From Octopus bimaculoides (Eukaryota), in NCBI RefSeq assembly GCF_001194135.2, contig NC_068985.1, positions 31,512,761 to 31,576,760 of the forward strand: a stretch of 64,000 bases of DNA, written 5' to 3'. The notes under the pieces are model-generated. The model ran no database searches. It saw nothing but the letters and a program-made list of their open reading frames with translations, and was not told the DNA's origin. Of this stretch, positions 36,936 through 50,786 are shown piece after piece. Positions within the stretch are counted from its first letter, which is position 1; every line of letters starts with the position of its first letter. A program made the translations under genes and the position numbers.

Positions 36936-39869
36936 GCAGAGCAAAAAAAAAAAAGAAAAAAAAAAGAAAAGAAAAAGAGAGGTCCTAGAAGTATATCACT
37001 TATGTCTATGCCTCCACACCCGCTTTCTCCCAGTGAAGCTTTCCTCACAATTCATCTTCCTATCATCTGCACCTCCATCATTCTTCTAACTATGGCACAA
37101 TTTATACCCAGGTGTTGTAATAGCAGAACTGCACATGCTCAATTCTACTTTTTATGCTACCAGTTATCCCTCTTCTTGGGACTACTTCCCTTGTCACCAG
37201 TCCTGCACTCTCAACATTACCCCTTACCGCTATCCTTTCATATCTGCCATCCACAACCCCACCCTCTTGCTTTCCTTTTTACCTCACACTTGCACTTGCT
37301 CCCACCTGATCACATCCATGCTTTACTCACACTTAACAATTACACACACACACACACTAATACCACACAACCCCATCAGCCTATGTCACTATACTTCAGA
37401 ATTTGTCTACACACATAAATGCACTCCTAGAACTCCTCCCCACATTTGCGCATCTCTAAACATGGATACCCCTCTTAACTTCACTCCCATATTCCCATCT
37501 AGCTCCTAAATGCTCTTTTCAATTTTTTTTCTCTTTTTCTCACCTAGTTTCCTCTTTCTTGTTCCCCATATACTTTTCTCTTATTTCAGATGAAGGCCTA
37601 AAATCCAAAATCTTAAGACTCTTTCTCTTCCTTTTAAGCATCAAGCTAATACTGTATTTGTTAAGCCTTGTCCCTGCTGCATTGTCTTTTATTGTTCATT
37701 GCATTTACAATATATTTTTAATGCAGAGCCTGAGAGGGCTCTTTAGTCCTGCTGGGGGCAAGACCACCTCTAAAGTGCTGCTGCTACAAAAGAATGCATG
37801 CACAACATTTGGCAGTGTGGTAGGTGTTAGGAAGAGCAACTGGCTATAGACACAGGAGCAAGATAAGGTCTTCCAGTCTATTGGATCCTGTCAAACTGTC
37901 CAACCCATGCCAGCATGGTGGTGGTGGTGGTGGTGGTGCTGCAGATGAGGATGATATATGACATGCATACACAGCATACAAAACATATCTGGAAAGATGT
38001 ACCCACATTCATTTCTTGTCTGTTTTGGAGTAAGAAAGAGGGTTTGTACTTTGCTCACCCAAAGTTTTGGTTCTAGAACTAAATCTAAATCAAAACATTA
38101 CCATTTTGCCTGAAGAAATCTTAAAACTTGCTGGTTTTGAACTTATGGTAGAAGATTTACAATAGGCAGTAATTTCTGCAGGATAGTCATTAGGCTAGAA
38201 AAGGAACCACATGTGTGCTCATTAAAACTATTCAATCAAGAAGATGTCATTCATAAAATGAAACACACTACTGCCATGTAAAAGAGCAAGAAGAATGAGA
38301 AACATTCAAATAAGAAACTGGAAAAAATTAACCCCAGGTAGTCTTCAGTAAATGGCACTGTAAAAATTTTACCATAGAGCTCACCTAAAATTCTGTCACA
38401 ATTTTCAGGAGACACAATAATAATAAAAAGCCACAAGGGAAATAAATTTTACATAATTTTCATCAATGTAATTCATATACTGCACTGTAAATAGTTTCAG
38501 AAATAGAAATATTAATTATTTACTGAAAAGTAACTGGTTATGTGCTAATACCTTGAGATAGGCAAAAATCCACATTATTGAAATACTTGATGTGAGTGCT
38601 TAAGTCATTAAAGCTACTTGGGTGAATATAGAGGTCAGACATAACTAAATTTTGTAAAGTGTGAAAATGAGCTTTTTTTCAGAAATCACTTTATATGAAT
38701 AACAAGTCAAAGATTTTACTCTTTATTGTTATATATATTTCTGCTTTGGCTATTTAGGTAAAATTCAATGATGTTCTTGTTAAATTATGTGTTTTATAAT
38801 AACTTAAAGGAAAATGAACTCCCAATGAACTTTCAACTCTTGGTTAGATCCTGACATTTCACTTCTGTTCTTTTCACTTGACTAGTATTTCTGAAAAAAG
38901 TATAAGCAATGAAACATTATTAATTCTCTGAAACTCCAAAATTTTTGCCTTATTAAGAAGCCACTATGTTATTGCTTCAATGAATTATTCATAATAAAGA
39001 AATAGTTGAGAAACATCTCCTTCATACATCATTTACATGAAGCTACACACCAAACAAAATGACCATCTAAGATAAGTAAAATTTATTTAAAATATAAAAT
39101 ATTTGGAAATTGATTGGGATCTCACATATAAAGAATACTCAGATCCAGTTTGAATTCTCAGTAAAAAAAATACAGAAGAAAAAGTAAATTAATATTATTG
39201 GAAAATAAAAAACAAAAAACAAAACCTCTAGAATTTTATAGATTTTGTGGAAAATTTTTGAAAAATTTTGAGTTGAAAGAAGGACAGCATCCTGAATAGC
39301 AAAAATTACTGTAGTTGATGCTCAGGTTGAATTTTTGTTAATAGATGCCTATGATAAAATGTGAATCCTGTAGAAATTTCAGAGAGATAGTTTTGAGAGA
39401 GAATATTGAACAAAGAGATTAGTTTGTGCTTGGGGATAATATACAATGGAGATGAGAAGAGAAGAGGCAAATGTATGAGCTGGTAACAAACAGCTTTATA
39501 AGTTCAAATGAGCAGAAGCCATTATCATAGGAGAGACAGATAAAAAGCAATGTATTTGTGAGCTAGAAGTTGCAGTACTTTGCCATTTAGTTAGATAGCA
39601 TTCTTTTGGCTGTGTTATAGGAGGCCAAGATGTTCATCAATAGGACCATACCAGAATGTAAGCAACATTTTAACATGGGCTACATTTCAATTCTACAGGA
39701 TTAGCAACTGATCAGGACTAAAGTATTGGGTTTTCTCATAAGTAATGCAGCTTTTTCAATTGCATGAACTAAAAGTTGGAGGGGAATGAGATAAACTACC
39801 TGCATCAACTTGCTATAAAAGCAGGAAGTAATTTTACCTTGTACTTATTCATTAGTACAAGTTGTGAAG

Positions 39870-40119
39870 AGCGCAGTTCGATTTTAACAGTTAGTTTTTC
39901 GAAGTTATAATGAAAGTGACAAAGGAGCATATTCAGCATATTTTGCTTTATGAGTTCAATAAAGGCAACAATGCAATGGAAAGTGCGAGGAATATTAATG
40001 CAGTATATGGGGATCAGACAGTAAGTGTAAGCCTGTGTCAATGGTGGTTCCAGAAATTCCAAGCTGGAAACTACAGCCTAGAAGACAAGCATTGTCCTGG
40101 AAGATCTGTAGAGCTCAGT
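39870..40119 (+). mobile_element. Mariner transposase 5' fragment (N-terminal HTH)
   Basis: MKVTKEHIQHILLYEFNKGNNAMESARNINAVYGDQTVSVSLCQWWFQKFQAGNYSLEDKHCPGRSVEL. Confidence 0.88.
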
Positions 40120-42439
40120 GAAACAAATAAAAAAGAACAAATAAATAAAATAAATAAAATAGAATAATAAAAAAAAAAACAACTTTTTAATAAACAAGAT
40201 GTTTTATCATTTATTTAAAAATTTAGTGCAGTAAATAGTAGAATAAGTAATGTTGGACAAAATTCTTTGCAGTATTTAGTTACATTGAATTACTTGGATT
40301 TTAGTGGAGCTGATTTCATCTTTCAATCTATCAGTTAAGTATTATGGTCATAATTTTTTAATTTAAGAGCTTCAAGTTTTAAAAAAATAATAGAGTACCA
40401 GTCAGTATTTAGTTTGATTTCTTATGTTTTGAGCTCAAATACCACTCAATACTTTGTCTTATATCCCATTTGTGTTGGTAAAAGAAAAATTACCAGGGGT
40501 ATGCTGAGCTGAATCAGTCCTTATATTCTTTGAATTGAAATTTTATTGAAAATGATTTCAATTTTTTATTTTTCTTGCTAGTTTATAGGTGCAGGCATAC
40601 CTGTCTGATAAGAAGTTTAATTCTCAACCACATGGTTCCAGGTGCAGTCCACTGTGTAACACTAAGGTTTTGTAAGTGGATTTGCTAGATGGAAACTGAA
40701 AGAAGCCCATTGAATATATATGTGTGTGTGTCTTTGTGTTTGTCCCCATCACTGCTTTACAAATGGTTTTGGTTTGTTTATGTTTTCATAACTTAGCAGT
40801 TTGGCAAAACAAAACTGATAAAATAAGTATCATGCTTAGAAAGAAAGTACTGCTCCAGCATGGTCACAGTCTAATGATTGAAACAAATAAAAAAGAACAA
40901 ATAAATAAAATAAATAAAATAGAATAATAAAAAAGAATAAAATATGTAACTAAATTATAGCATGTTCAAAAGGTTATTTGTTTCAGAATTTATCTTGTAT
41001 CTAATGAAAAGAAATTATTAGTGAGTTTCATTTTTGGCACAAAATATACTGATTAAATAATATATTGAATCATCACTCAAAATAAATATCAATTTAGTAA
41101 TATATTTTCATAATAAATTAACTGAATTTTTATGAGATATAAAGTTAAATGTATAAAATAATGCTCAAAATGAGACAGGCTTGATATTAATGCTAAATAT
41201 AGCTAATCAGTTGGACTATAACTGGATTCCTCATTTGTCATTAAAAAATAAACAAAAAAAGAATAAAACAAAACTTGAAAGCAATCAGTATTTATAATAC
41301 TTTCCTAGAAAGTTAGGAATGTTATTTATTCTACCATTTGGGAATCAGAGACAAAAATTATTAAAAATTGGTTTTATAGTAGTACATTTAGTTATGTTGG
41401 CACATTTAGGGTAAGAAAAGAGTAAACAACAGATTCTGAGCCAAAATTATTAGAGTGAAGTATTGAGAGCTTATGAAACATTCCTTTATGAAAATGGCAG
41501 AGTTGCTAAGCATCTGTTGTATGATATAAAATACAACAGAAAAAAAAAACATAAACCAACATAAACAGTATTCTTTCTAATAGGCAATCTTTAGCATTTA
41601 GACTTGTTTAAAGATTGTAATGTGATTAGTTTGTATGAGATAAAGCTTAAGTAATTTTCTAAAGATTCTGAATAATAAGCACAGCATATGATTTTTTACA
41701 GCAAACATTGTTTTCCAAACATCATCTGCTACTCTTGAACAAAACTAAGACTTGTTGGCATTTTATTTCATTTTACTTATGAATATCAAGTGAAAGAATA
41801 CAATTCTAGCAAGTATTTAAAGTATCAAATTGTTTGAAGCTTTGCTGGAATTATTTGTTGATTTAGTCAAAACTATAATAAACAGATGAATTATGAGAAA
41901 TAGATTAAGACAGTTATGCGACACAAAACAACCAGATGTTGAGACACACACAATTTCAAATATTAGAGTATATACATATACATGTTGGTGGAGCTCCATT
42001 GTATGAGGATGATAATTCAGTTATTTTATGAACTGAATAACCTACTCTTGAACTAATGTATAAGTGGCCGAGTATTCCAGATACATGTACCCTTAACATA
42101 ACAAGCAAAATAAGCATGACACAGTGCGTAGTGTGTAAAGAGTTTATCTTTTGATTTATGGATAGAATTTAACTGATGGGCTAACAGTTTCTATCTACCC
42201 AGTTACACTCACTAGATATGTGTTGACCAGAAGCTATAGGAAATGACATTTACCCAAGATGCTATGTAGTGTGACTGAATGCAGGAATGTGCAGTTGTGA
42301 AGTGAACTTCTTGACCATTCAGCCATACTACATACACATACACGTTTATGCACCTATATGAGTACACTTGCCACCACTTTGGTGAAACAGTGATGTTGGC
42401 ATTCCTTGTCATTATTTGCACTTTCAAAGACCTCAGAAA

Positions 42440-44195
42440 TTTCAGAAGACCTGTTTTTCCGTCGAGTCCCTTACCCACAAAAAAACTGGTAAGAGTTGGT
42501 AACAAAAGTACCTGACTATAAAATCTTGTCTCAAATAACTCAAACACACACACATGTAACCTATGGGCGCATAAGAGATGCAGTGGAATTTTGGGAAGAT
42601 TATCAGATAAGGTTGCTTTCAGTAAGTACTAAGAGCATGAGGGACTTAAACTCTCTCAAATGCCCAAGAAGCTCTCTTGAGGTGGTAGATAATTTCTGCT
42701 ATTTAGGTGACCAAATTAGTAATGGTGGTGGATGCTCTGAAAGTATTGTTCCCAGAATAAGATAACTACTACCTTTGTTGGCAGTAAAAGGACTCTCTCA
42801 CAGAGTGAAAGATAGGTTGTATGATGCTTGTGTGAGAACAGCTATGTTACATGGTAGTGAGACATGGGCTCTGGCTGCAGACATGCATAGGCTGAAGAAG
42901 AATAAAGGTAGTATACTCTGTTGGATTTGCAACATCAGTGCGCATGACCAACAAAGCACAACTGTGTTGAGAGAAAAGCTAGACATAAGAAGGATTAAAT
43001 ATGGTATGCAGGAGAGGAGACTGCATTGGTTTGAACATGTGATGTGGTGATGTGTATGAATGGAGACAGCTGTATTAAGAAATGCTGGTCACTGAAAGTG
43101 GATGGTACCTGTGGAAGAGGGAGACCCAGGAAGGCATAGGATGAAGTCGTGAGGACTGATCTTAGGATGTTGAGGCTCAGGGAAGAAATGACAGTAGACC
43201 GAGATGTTTGGCAATATAAGGTCCTAGGGAAGACCGGTCCATGAAACTGAGTGTTAGGGGAGTTGTGTCTCACCCACATGTAACAACACACTTTATCCAC
43301 TCTACCCTAAGGAATCAAACTACAACTCCTCTTCTAATTGCATCTTTCTCTTCCTCACATTTCCTCCTCATACATTGATTGTTTACCAATCCCCTTTTTT
43401 GCCCTCACTACCATGCTCACTGTATCACTGCTCCCTCTACACTCACTCTCTATTTTACTAACCAGGTTCTACTCTCATATTCTTGTTACTTGTGAGTATA
43501 CTCTAGCACTACACCATCTCTTTTCTGCTGTTTCCTACCCTCTCTCTCTTTCCCTTTGGTCACTCTCTCTCTTCTCTTGTTTTCCTTCTGACTAGGTAAC
43601 CAAGTATCACCTTTACATCAGCACACTTGCTTCTGGCCTCTTTCTGTACCTCTCTCTCTCTCTCTGTCACTGGGTAACCATGTACCTCCTCTATAGCAAG
43701 ACACCTATTTATACCTCTCTATTTCTCTGTTACACTCTAACCTTTCATCATCTGATACTGGATCACCTCCTCTAATCCCCCCTCTGTTGTGGCAAGACAC
43801 CTGCTTCTGTCTCTCTGTCTCTTTGTCACACTCTAACTTTCATCCTCTGACACAAATGCCCTCTCATAGTTCCTTGTCTTGTGAGTTACTTGGTTACCCT
43901 GCCAGTGCCGGTGCCATGTTAAAATTATTCAGTCCTCACTGTAACATGGTTGGCATCTGGAAGGATATCCAGCTGTAAAATTCTTGCTAAAACTAACTTC
44001 GCCTGTGCTAGTGCCACGTAAAAATCACTGAGTCCACTCTACAGTGTGGTAGGTGTTAGGAAGGGCATCCAACCATAAAATCCCTGTCAAAACAGACACA
44101 GTAGCCTTGGGTAGATTTTCTACCTGGCTGGCTCCTATCAACTGTCCTACCCATGCATGCATGGAAGATGGACATTAAACAATGATGATGATGAT
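42440..44195 (+). mobile_element. RTE LINE fragment, followed by a C/T-rich segment and the terminal module
   Basis: CNLWAHKRCSGILGRLSDK..VVDNFCYLGDQ..RLYDACVRTAMLHGSETW..RRLHWFEHV; (GAT)n at about 44182-44194. Confidence 0.8.
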
Positions 44196-44929
44196 ATATT
44201 CTTTTATTCTTTCATTTGTTTCAATCATCTGACTATGGCCATGCTGGAGCACTGTCTTTTTAGTCAAACAAATCGACCCCAGGACTTACTCTTTGTAAGC
44301 CTAGTACTTATTCTATCGGTCTCTTTTGCTGAACTACTAAATTACGGGGATGTAAACACACCAACATCGGTTGTCAAGTGATGATGGTGGAGACAAACAC
44401 AGACACACAAACATATACATACACACATGTATATATATATATATGCAGGTATGTGTGTGTGTACACACACAAATAAATATGTATGAATGTATGTATATAT
44501 GTTTGTGTGTGTGTATGTTGCTAATGTCAGTTGATTCGTCAACTTGTGGAGCAAATTCTAAGTTCTGAAGTTTGTTCTGTACATNNNNNNNNNNATACAC
44601 TGTAGAACTGTCAAAGATATGCTTTTTTCTAAAATTGAATAAAATAAATAAAATAATGATGAATAAACATGTACTCGTACATGATGAACAAAATGAATAA
44701 TAATAATAATAATGATAATAATAATAATAATAATAATAAATAATAATAATAATAATAATAATAATATAAGTGTTATGTTTGGTCGTGCACCTTTGACAAA
44801 TGTTTTGGCACTTGACTTTTGGCTCACTTTATGTATATATATATATATGCAGGTATGTGTGTGTGTACACACACAAATAAATATGTATGAATGTATGTAT
44901 ATATGTTTGTGTGTGTGTATGTTGCTAAT

Positions 44930-45300
44930 GTCAGTTGATTCGTCAACTTGTGGAGCAAATTCTAAGTTCTGAAGTTTGTTCTGTACATTTTCCTCTATAC
45001 CAGCAGATAAATCCATAATTCTCCTATGGATTGTATTATTTGAGTGTGGAATCTTGCTTATTTCTTGCTCGGCTTCATTACCTAACATGGTTTTTAACCA
45101 TCTTTCTACAAGTGGGCAAGATAGTCGACTTGTCTAAAGTATGCGATTTCGTTTGGAGTGCAATCATTTCTACTGGCTTGCTTTTCTCATGGTCAACTTT
45201 ATGTTGGTTGTTCCAGGGTAGGTAGTTTGCAAGACTTATTTGTCTATGCTCCAAATCAGAAAACAAAGAATGTTGTTTACCCAGAAGCTCTTACATAATT
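44930..45300 (-). pseudogene. Buster/Charlie-type hAT transposase fragment
   Basis: KSHTLDKSTILPTCRKMV and ISKIPHSNNTIHRRIMDLSAGIEENVQNKLQNLEFAPQVDESTDISN, matching the LSNNT..RRI...FALQ.DESTD motif. Confidence 0.85.
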
Positions 45301-46207
45301 TCCTTCAACATATGTGGTAGAATATATCTCCTTTCATAAAAGTGGTAAATTTTGTATTTTCGTTTATTATTGTTATTATTATTTTGTATTATGAATTCAG
45401 AATTGATTTCCCAATTAAAGAATAAATTGTATCCCAATTAAAGAATAAATTGAATTTAGAATATCAAATTTCTATACAACATATTTTGCTTTTTTTTCTC
45501 CAACATGTAAAGAAAAATTTCATTCCCAGGCAATGCCAGGTACCTCTGCTAGTACTAGATAAAAAGTAGCAGGCATGGCTATGTGTTTAAGAAGTTCCCT
45601 TCAAAACCACCTGGTTTTGGGTTTAGTCCCATTGTATAGCATCTTGGGCAGGTATCTTCTTTGCTACTATGATCTACTTTTGTATATCAGTACATTTTCC
45701 ACTTGATTTACAATTAGAGTACATATGATATAAAACTGCCAATGGAAAACTAATGAGAAGAGAAGAAAGTTAAATGACAATGACTGGGTAGAGATGAAAG
45801 ACAAGATGAATGATAATCAAGCAAATAGAAAATTTGAGTTGAGGAGAAACATAAAGAAAATCAAAGACTGAAAGATATGAAACAGAAAGAGGAGTGAGAC
45901 ATAAGTAAAGTTGAAATCTATGCATGACAGAAAGATTAAAAAAGAGATAAAACAACAATGATGAAAATATAAAGTTATAAAGTAAATGAGAATTGAAACA
46001 GAAAGTAAAATATGAAAATAAAATATTACATTTATTTATTTGTTTTGCAAGATTCTTGATGTGAAATTGAGTATTGAAACAGATATTATTATATTTGGGA
46101 ATAATCATATTTTACCAACCAACCAACCAATCAACCAACCAACCAACCAACCAGTCACATGCATTATATGTTTGGTCTTTACTCCAACTTATCATTTTTG
46201 TTTCTTT

Positions 46208-46250
46208 GTCAAAGCTTTTTCATCACACATCCTGTGACCTCTTCAGTGAC
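46208..46250 (-). ncRNA. Probable minimal type-I hammerhead ribozyme of a Penelope pLTR, possibly degenerate
   Basis: Sense: GTCA CTGAAGA gGTCACA ggatg TGTGAT GAAA aagc TT TGAC. The CUGANGA and GAAA cores, stem I (GTCA/TGAC) and stem II are present; stem III is minimal. Confidence 0.55.
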
Positions 46251-46689
46251 TCTTTATCCCACATGTCTCCCCTTGGTTTGCTTAGTCTATTTTGTCTTTC
46301 TGTGGTATGTATACTTATCTATGCATGCATTTCCATCTGTGTGTGTGTGTGCACACACGTGCATGTGCTTGTCTATGTGTTTAGTATGTTTTGTGTGCGT
46401 GTATATGAGTTTGCTTACTATACTGTTTGTATCCATGTCTTTTATTTAATTATTTAATTTATTTTTATTTACTTATTTGTTTGTTTTTTACTTTCTCATT
46501 CTGTCTTTAGTGTGTGTATGTGTGTGTGCCATTTTGTCTTTCATCATTGGGTTGCATACTCTTTTGTCGCAGAGGGGAGAGGAGGGGTGTTATTATTCCA
46601 TTCATGCTTTCTATTGAGGCTTGGCCTCCGTAATCTGTCTAAGTATTGTGTCTGTTCTATGTGTTGATAATATCTTAATGCCTATGCTA

Positions 46690-47285
46690 TTAACTGAGCC
46701 TCCATGTTCTAATTGAGCATGTTGGTAGAGCACTGACGAGCATTTCTCCTACCAGTTCACTTACCTGCTCATCTATGCTTTGTGCTGTCTCCCCAATGTA
46801 TGTCATTGTCCTGTTTCTGTACTGTCCCTCAGTATACCTTATATTATAGACTGCATTCCTAATCTTACAGTTTACCTGTGGGTTCATCCTATACACTTCA
46901 CAGCTGCTATCCTTATAACCCTACAGATCAGGAATTTTATGGAAGTCCTTGACCTTTCTACTACTTCAATCCATAGATTCAGCCTAAGGTTTTTCTAAAA
47001 CAATATACTAGTTTGCTGCGAGGGGTAGCATTTCAATGCTACCCCTGGGATGCAATTTTTGTAATGTAGAAGTGTAGCTATCATAGATGTATCTAAAACT
47101 ATAAGCATTACTACTAATGCTGAAAGTTTTAGATAACTGTCTCAGAAGTCAAAAGTAGAGAGGAAGAAAGCTATAGTGATGAAAGACTATGTTCTTGATA
47201 TATGCAGTGAGTGTCTTAGTGGTGTTAAAGGAGGTTAGGCTGGCATGTTTGCATTGCAGGATATTTTTCAAGTCTTCATTAATAA
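46690..47285 (-). mobile_element. Second Penelope-like remnant (GIY-YIG region), decayed
   Basis: VNCKIRNAVYNIRY...TYIGETAQSIDEQVSE; upstream NEDLKNIL... linker-like sequence. Confidence 0.7.
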
Positions 47286-47436
47286 TATACAGGTAAGGCA
47301 TAGTTGTGTAGTTAAGAAGTTTGCTTCTCAACCATGTGAATTTGAGACCAGTCCCACTCCTAGTATCTTCTATTATAGCCTCAAGTCAACCAAAAATTTG
47401 TGAATGGATTTGGCAGATAGAAACTGAATGAAGTTC

Positions 47437-47477
<41 letters not shown>

Positions 47478-47481
<4 letters not shown>

Positions 47482-47860
47482 TCATCATCATCATCATTTA
47501 ACGCCCGCTTTCCATGCTAGCATGGGTTGGATGATTTGACTGGGGATTGGCGAAGCGGATGGCTACACCAGACTCGAATCTGATCTGGCAGAGTTTCTAC
47601 AGCTGGATGCCCTTCCTAACGCCAACCACTCCAAGAGTGTAGTGGGTGCTTTTACGTGTNNNNNNNNNNAACGCCAACCACTCCAAGAGTGTAGTGGGTG
47701 CTTTTACGTGTCACCGGCACAAAGGCCAGCCAGGCGATACTGGCAACGGCCACGCTCAAAATGGTGTATTTTCTGTGCCACTCGCACAAGAGCCAGTCCG
47801 GGGGCACTGGTAACGATCTCGCTCAAAAGTCCTTACACATGCTGCGGGCACAAGTGCCAG
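47478..47860 (-). mobile_element. Stand-alone RTE 3'UTR/terminal module. Others: 48280-48410, 53540-53680, 58160-58220, 60605-60660(-), 61140-61260(-), 63000-63180(-)
   Basis: ggagtggttggcgttaggaagggcatccagctgtagaaactctgccagatcaga...acccatgctagcatggaaagcggacgttaaatgatgatgat. Confidence 0.8.
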
Positions 47861-50786
47861 AAAGTATATATATATATATGAAGGCATGTAGCTGAGTAGT
47901 TAGAGTGTTGTACTCATAATCGTAAGATCAGGGTTCTGATTCCCACACCAGCAGTGTGTTGTGTTCTTGAGCAAAACATTTCAGTTTATATAGCTTCAGT
48001 CTACTCAGCTGTAAATAGGTAACCTGCAATAGGCAGGTGTTCTGTTCAGGGGTAATGTTTGTCTGCCCACCTAGCTAGTGTGCTGGCATCATTCGAAAGC
48101 TAAAACAATGCAAGGAAGTGCATTGAAACCAGAGGTGTATAATGGCATCTGGTAGTTTGGTTGATACAGTGATACTGTGATATGTGTCTGTGTGTTTACT
48201 TGTGTATATCATGTGGCAGTTGTAAATGAGTATCACTGTTGTTCATTTTGTGTCTTCTGTAAAAAACCATATCTGGCCATGGGAAAATGTAACCTCGCTT
48301 GGAAACAGGTGAGGGTTGGTGACAGGAAGGTTGGTTGAATTAAATTTGCCTCAATAAATTTTCTGAACCATCCAAGCATGGAAAAGTGGACATTAAATGA
48401 TGATGATGTTGTCAGTCTAGCATGAGGTATCTAGGGTCAATGTGAATGATGACTTTATTTTAAGGTTATGGAGGAATGAAGTATGTTACATTTTTATTAA
48501 AGGAGTGTATGATATGGTTAGAAGGCCAAGAAGATTGATAACATAGTGTAGGAATAGTATAGAAAACATGACTTAACCCATAGTAGATAGAATGTAGGTC
48601 AGTGAGGATTGTGAGGTAACTTCCAAAAATTCAATAGAAAATAAGACAAGAAAAATGGTACCCTTAAGCAGCAACTTTGCAAAAGGAATTTCATACCAGA
48701 TGTGATCAAAAGTTTTGCTAACGTCAAGAAGAATGATATTGTTTTTAGCAAAGCTTTTAGTAGAACTGGCATTTTAGTAACCATAAGGTGGTCACTGAGA
48801 GGCAAAGTGAACCAAGTTGACTGATGAATGCTTGTTCTTCACCTTTAAGATGTTTTTTGAGAGAGAAAAAGAGGAAACAGGAAGGAAATTTACTGTATGA
48901 TGAGATTGTTGTTATTGTTTAGAACCAAGTCAATCTTAGCTAAGCAGACCTATGATCAAACACATTCCAGCCATGACCATCCTGTCTCTTTATGTGTATC
49001 AAGAACTACTTTATCATATATGTCTTCCCTTTTTAAGATGGTGGGATGTAATATGAGGGAAATGTGATTGCTATATCTAGTAGATAAAAACCACAAAGAG
49101 GCTCCTTCATTGAGTGTGTGGAGTTATAGGTAAAGTGGGCATGAGCAAGTGGAATTGAGAAACAGTGAGTTTGAGAGGTGACTTTTGTGTGAGCTGAGTA
49201 GAAATGGAAGCAAAATAAGCAGCTTTGTTGGTAAAAAAACTGCTTTCAGAGCTATCTTGGTTGAAGAATGACAGGTAAGTTAATTGCATAAACAAGGTGA
49301 GCATGTTTACATGCTCTGTGATACACAGTAACATTTTTTGCTTTGATGATGCTCACATGGTACAGTGGCGCATAAATACATACTTGTTGAGGATAGTGGA
49401 TGATTTCTCCCAGATCCCATTGGTAATATTCTTAGATGTAGGACATCTATGATTTGAAATTTCAAGCTTTGGTTACATAAAAGATATAGAGAAACATTTC
49501 AAGATAGAATGGCTCTCACAGATAAGTCAAAGATAAAGAATGGGATAGTTAGCATAGATGTGCTACATTTATTATCAATTTACTGTTTTACTAATAGGGA
49601 TTTTGATGGATAGAAAATGCAAAATAGATTGTAATCTTATGGTATCTATTTCAGTTAGATGGATTGAACTATTGGAAAGCTGAAGCTCTCACCCAAGGGT
49701 TAAAAATATGCAGTTGTAGAATGAAATGCTTTTGTTAGGCAGCGGTTAGATTTTATGGAAGGAAGAGACTGTGATTGGGTTTGGAAGTAAGAGAATGGTC
49801 AACAGGATTTCAAGAGAAATTTGTCAGAGACCTGTGAGGATTATCTCAATCTCTGTATGTAACCTAGCCGGAAATCAGTGGCTGAAGAAGAGCCTGTCAA
49901 CATATAAAGAATTTAGATGTTCTTCGTGAATAAAGGCCCTTCTTGCATTTATCAGTGGCCACTGCTAAAGAATCCTGTTCTCTTGTACCCTCTAACAAGC
50001 TGGGACAAGAGAAGATGCAGTAGCATTGCTGACATTGTTTAACCCACAACTTAATCCTGATTGAGCAGACCTATGATCAAAGGCATCTCAGCTGTAATCA
50101 TCTTGTCTTTTACTATGTGTAGGGAACTCAGGATCAAATTATCCACCATTCCCTTTTTTAAAAAACCATAAGATGTGATTTGAAGGAGATTTGACTGCCA
50201 ATTTTAGAAAGTTGAGTGGCCTCTTAAAGACTCCCACATTGGCTTCATGTATTGTATGTTGTTCAAGATAGTAAATATCTCAGACTCTCTTCCAATAATG
50301 TCCGTGTAAAGGGAATACAAGATCTAAAAGTGTGTATTGACATTAGGATGAGAGATTGTCAAACAACTGTTTGTGGTTAGAGTTCATAGAGCAGCACACA
50401 CAGCATATGAATTGAGAAGAATGAAGAGACATGAAATTTTCAGTCACAGTAACTGGAAGTCTTTGTTACTCCTGTCCCAGTGAGAAAGATGTAAAGAGAA
50501 GATTCCTTGTAATATTATGGTACCTATTTCAGTTACATAAATTGAGTCCTTGGAAAGCTGCAGCTCTCACCCAAGGAATAAAATACGAAATTTTGTTTGT
50601 AATACAACTTCTAGTACCATCAATTCTTTCATTCAAATCATGCCATATTTATTGATTTTAACAATATTCATTTTTAACAGTATTCATTTTGCATATCACT
50701 GCAAAGATTGATTGAAAGCTGATGCTTGTGTTTAGAAATTAATGTTTAGTAATCAATGACTAGCAGAGACTAGTATTTTCGCTATC

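Noticed and set aside
37060-37720. C/T-rich segment with cagatgaaggcc...aaaatcttaagac as a Penelope pLTR hammerhead
   Set aside because: Both core motifs are mutated. It may be a decayed pLTR but cannot be supported.
44428-44988. Near-identical 157-bp direct duplication (44428-44584 / 44831-44988)
   Set aside because: The first copy ends exactly at a 10-N gap; most likely an assembly or haplotype artefact. It also creates the chimeric 176-aa ORF.
47618-47711. 42-bp direct repeat
   Set aside because: Identical sequence on both sides of a 10-N gap, i.e. an unmerged contig overlap.
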